Positions 63,096 to 64,000 of a stretch of 64,000 nt of DNA are shown one piece after another. The stretch covers positions 21,316 through 85,315 of the forward strand of contig JAKAHA010000005.1 of assembly GCA_021825445.1 (NCBI GenBank). Direction: 5' to 3'. The position numbers were made by a program, and so were the translations under genes. The stretch comes from a bacterium. GTDB taxonomy: Bacteria; Patescibacteriota; Microgenomatia; UBA1406; GWC2-37-13. The stretch's first letter is position 1. Each line of letters begins with the position of its first letter. The notes beneath the pieces were generated by a model, which was given only the letters and a program-made list of their open reading frames with translations, made no database searches and had not been told where the DNA came from.

Positions 63096-63665
63096 TTATA
63101 TAGATAAAACATTTTTTAGGTTGTTTCTATCTGTTGCCCAGTTCGTTTGATTATCTTTAATATATTCTTGAACATAATGAAATGATTTTTTGGTACGGAT
63201 GATATTGTCATAAAATCCTGGTTGCCACCCAAAAGTTGCATTGGTTTTATGAATCATTTTAGTGCAGATTGATTTATATGATCCAACAATTGATGAAATT
63301 GTATGTTTTCCCTGGTTTTGAAATCGATTTATTTTTATGTTTGTATCCGCTGTAGAGAAAAGGCAATGCCTTTTCTCTACGTAGGAAACGACATTGTTGA
63401 TAATCAAAATTCCATGAACGTGATTTGGCATTATTTGAAATTCATCTAATTCTACAAAGGAAAAATGTTTTGGAATTTCAAACCAATATTTATGTACAAT
63501 TTTTCCAATTTCTGACAAATTCATTTTATTATCGACGATTTCACCAAAATAATGTCTACGTTCCTGTGTGCAAATCGTAATAAAATAATACCCATTTCTA
63601 GAATAATCCCAACATGGTAATCGTGTCGATGGAATTCTATATTGATTTTTAAATTTATCTGACAT
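63096..63665 (-). CDS. IS200/IS605-like HUH (Y1) transposase-domain protein, REP-associated tyrosine transposase-like
   Basis: YFITICTQERRHYF, HUH motif MPNHVHGILII, C-terminal GWQPGFYDNIIR...YIKDN pattern. Confidence 0.8.
   Translation of the reverse strand: MSDKFKNQYRIPSTRLPCWDYSRNGYYFITICTQERRHYFGEIVDNKMNLSEIGKIVHKYWFEIPKHFSFVELDEFQIMPNHVHGILIINNVVSYVEKRHCLFSTADTNIKINRFQNQGKHTISSIVGSYKSICTKMIHKTNATFGWQPGFYDNIIRTKKSFHYVQEYIKDNQTNWATDRNNLKNVLSI
63352..63380. repeat. 29-nt palindrome inside the transposase ORF
   Basis: GTAGAGAAAAGGCA-a-TGCCTTTTCTCTAC (14-bp arms), encoding YVEKRHCLFST right after the HUH motif. Confidence 0.8.
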
Positions 63666-63676
63666 ATTTGTATTTT

Positions 63677-63703
63677 TAGAGAAAAGGCAATGTCTTTTCT
63701 CTA
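63677..63703. repeat. Second copy of the transposase-associated palindrome, 12 nt upstream of the transposase ATG
   Basis: TAGAGAAAAGGCA-a-TGTCTTTTCTCTA (one G:T in the stem). Confidence 0.8.
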
Positions 63704-64000
63704 CATTAATACATTAAAAATGTAAATATATAAAAACAAAATGTCCACAGCTTATAACCTACAAAAGTAAGTTTTTAGATTATTACAATAACAAAAAAAT
63801 CACGATATACCCTTTATTACTCTAGCTTTTATAATGGACCTAAAATCATGAAAAAAAGAGATTAATTCTCACTTTTTCACGACTTTGACTGCTTATATCG
63901 TTAATTTGATCAATTTGAATATTTAGAGAAAAAGGGATTTGGAAGATTGGAAAAGTTTGATTAAAAGCGAAACTACTTCCTGGCAAAGAAAAGAAATATT

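Noticed and set aside
1-64000. Alternative genetic code (UGA = Gly, as in some candidate phyla)
   Set aside because: An RF2 gene with intact SPF and GGQ motifs is present. TGA terminates well-bounded genes (33660-33662 with an ATGA overlap, and 43945-47). The standard code 11 fits all long ORFs.
1-64000. CRISPR array, prophage or toxin-antitoxin/defence cassette
   Set aside because: I found no regularly spaced direct repeats of 25-40 nt with unique spacers, and no integrase, capsid or terminase-like ORFs. Apart from the lone PD-(D/E)XK protein and the GIY-YIG cassette reported above, I saw no recognisable defence gene pairs.
63923-64000. Open minus-strand frame entering from the window edge (…NISFLCQEVVSLLIKLFQSSKSLFL, stop at 63923-63925)
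   Set aside because: Only 25 codons are visible and no motif is recognisable, so a gene call cannot be supported.

Overview
Visibly AT-rich, gene-dense bacterial fragment read with the standard code: TGA ends well-bounded genes and an RF2 gene is present. Gene content suggests a small-genome Patescibacteria/CPR-type (Microgenomates-like) organism; this is inference only. Layout: (1) 1-17.2 kb, minus strand: rpoC (partial, absent from the ORF track), rpoB, envelope and surface proteins, ftsE-ftsX plus a coiled-coil cysteine-peptidase partner, prfB, and a PilM-like/LytR_C protein. (2) 17.7-21.3 kb, plus strand: dnaG-rpoD-CPBP protease, preceded by a 545-bp repeat-filled spacer. (3) 21.2-50.2 kb: a glycosylation island with about 10 GT-C-like polytopic proteins, 5 GT2, 2 GT4, a MOP flippase, an EamA transporter, a lone PD-(D/E)XK nuclease, a MacAB-like exporter with two paralogous permeases, and fpg. 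(4) 50.2-54.5 kb, plus strand: uppP, tRNA-Ala(CGC), tRNA-Ile(UAU), tRNA-Phe(GAA), archaeal-type PEP carboxylase, an aspartate aminotransferase, then a small GIY-YIG gene sitting between a truncated and an intact copy of tRNA-Gly(GCC). (5) 54.5-61.8 kb, minus strand: a compact cobalamin-riboswitch-like leader, a DUF4430 protein, an alpha/alpha-toroid surface protein, a CE4 deacetylase, a VKOR-DHODH fusion, NUDIX, a DUF998-like protein and an ADP-dependent-kinase-like protein. (6) A class-III aminotransferase and an IS200-like HUH/Y1 transposase whose flanking hairpin is also present inside its own ORF. Several families of short GC-rich palindromic elements recur across the window. They show compensatory stem substitutions, and several copies lie in-frame inside ORFs; one family is read in two different frames. 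The most interesting candidates are the riboswitch-led split transcobalamin-like pair, the tRNA-Gly/GIY-YIG cassette, the VKOR-DHODH fusion and the ORF-invading hairpin elements. All calls come from reading the sequence and ORF translations; no database searches were run.
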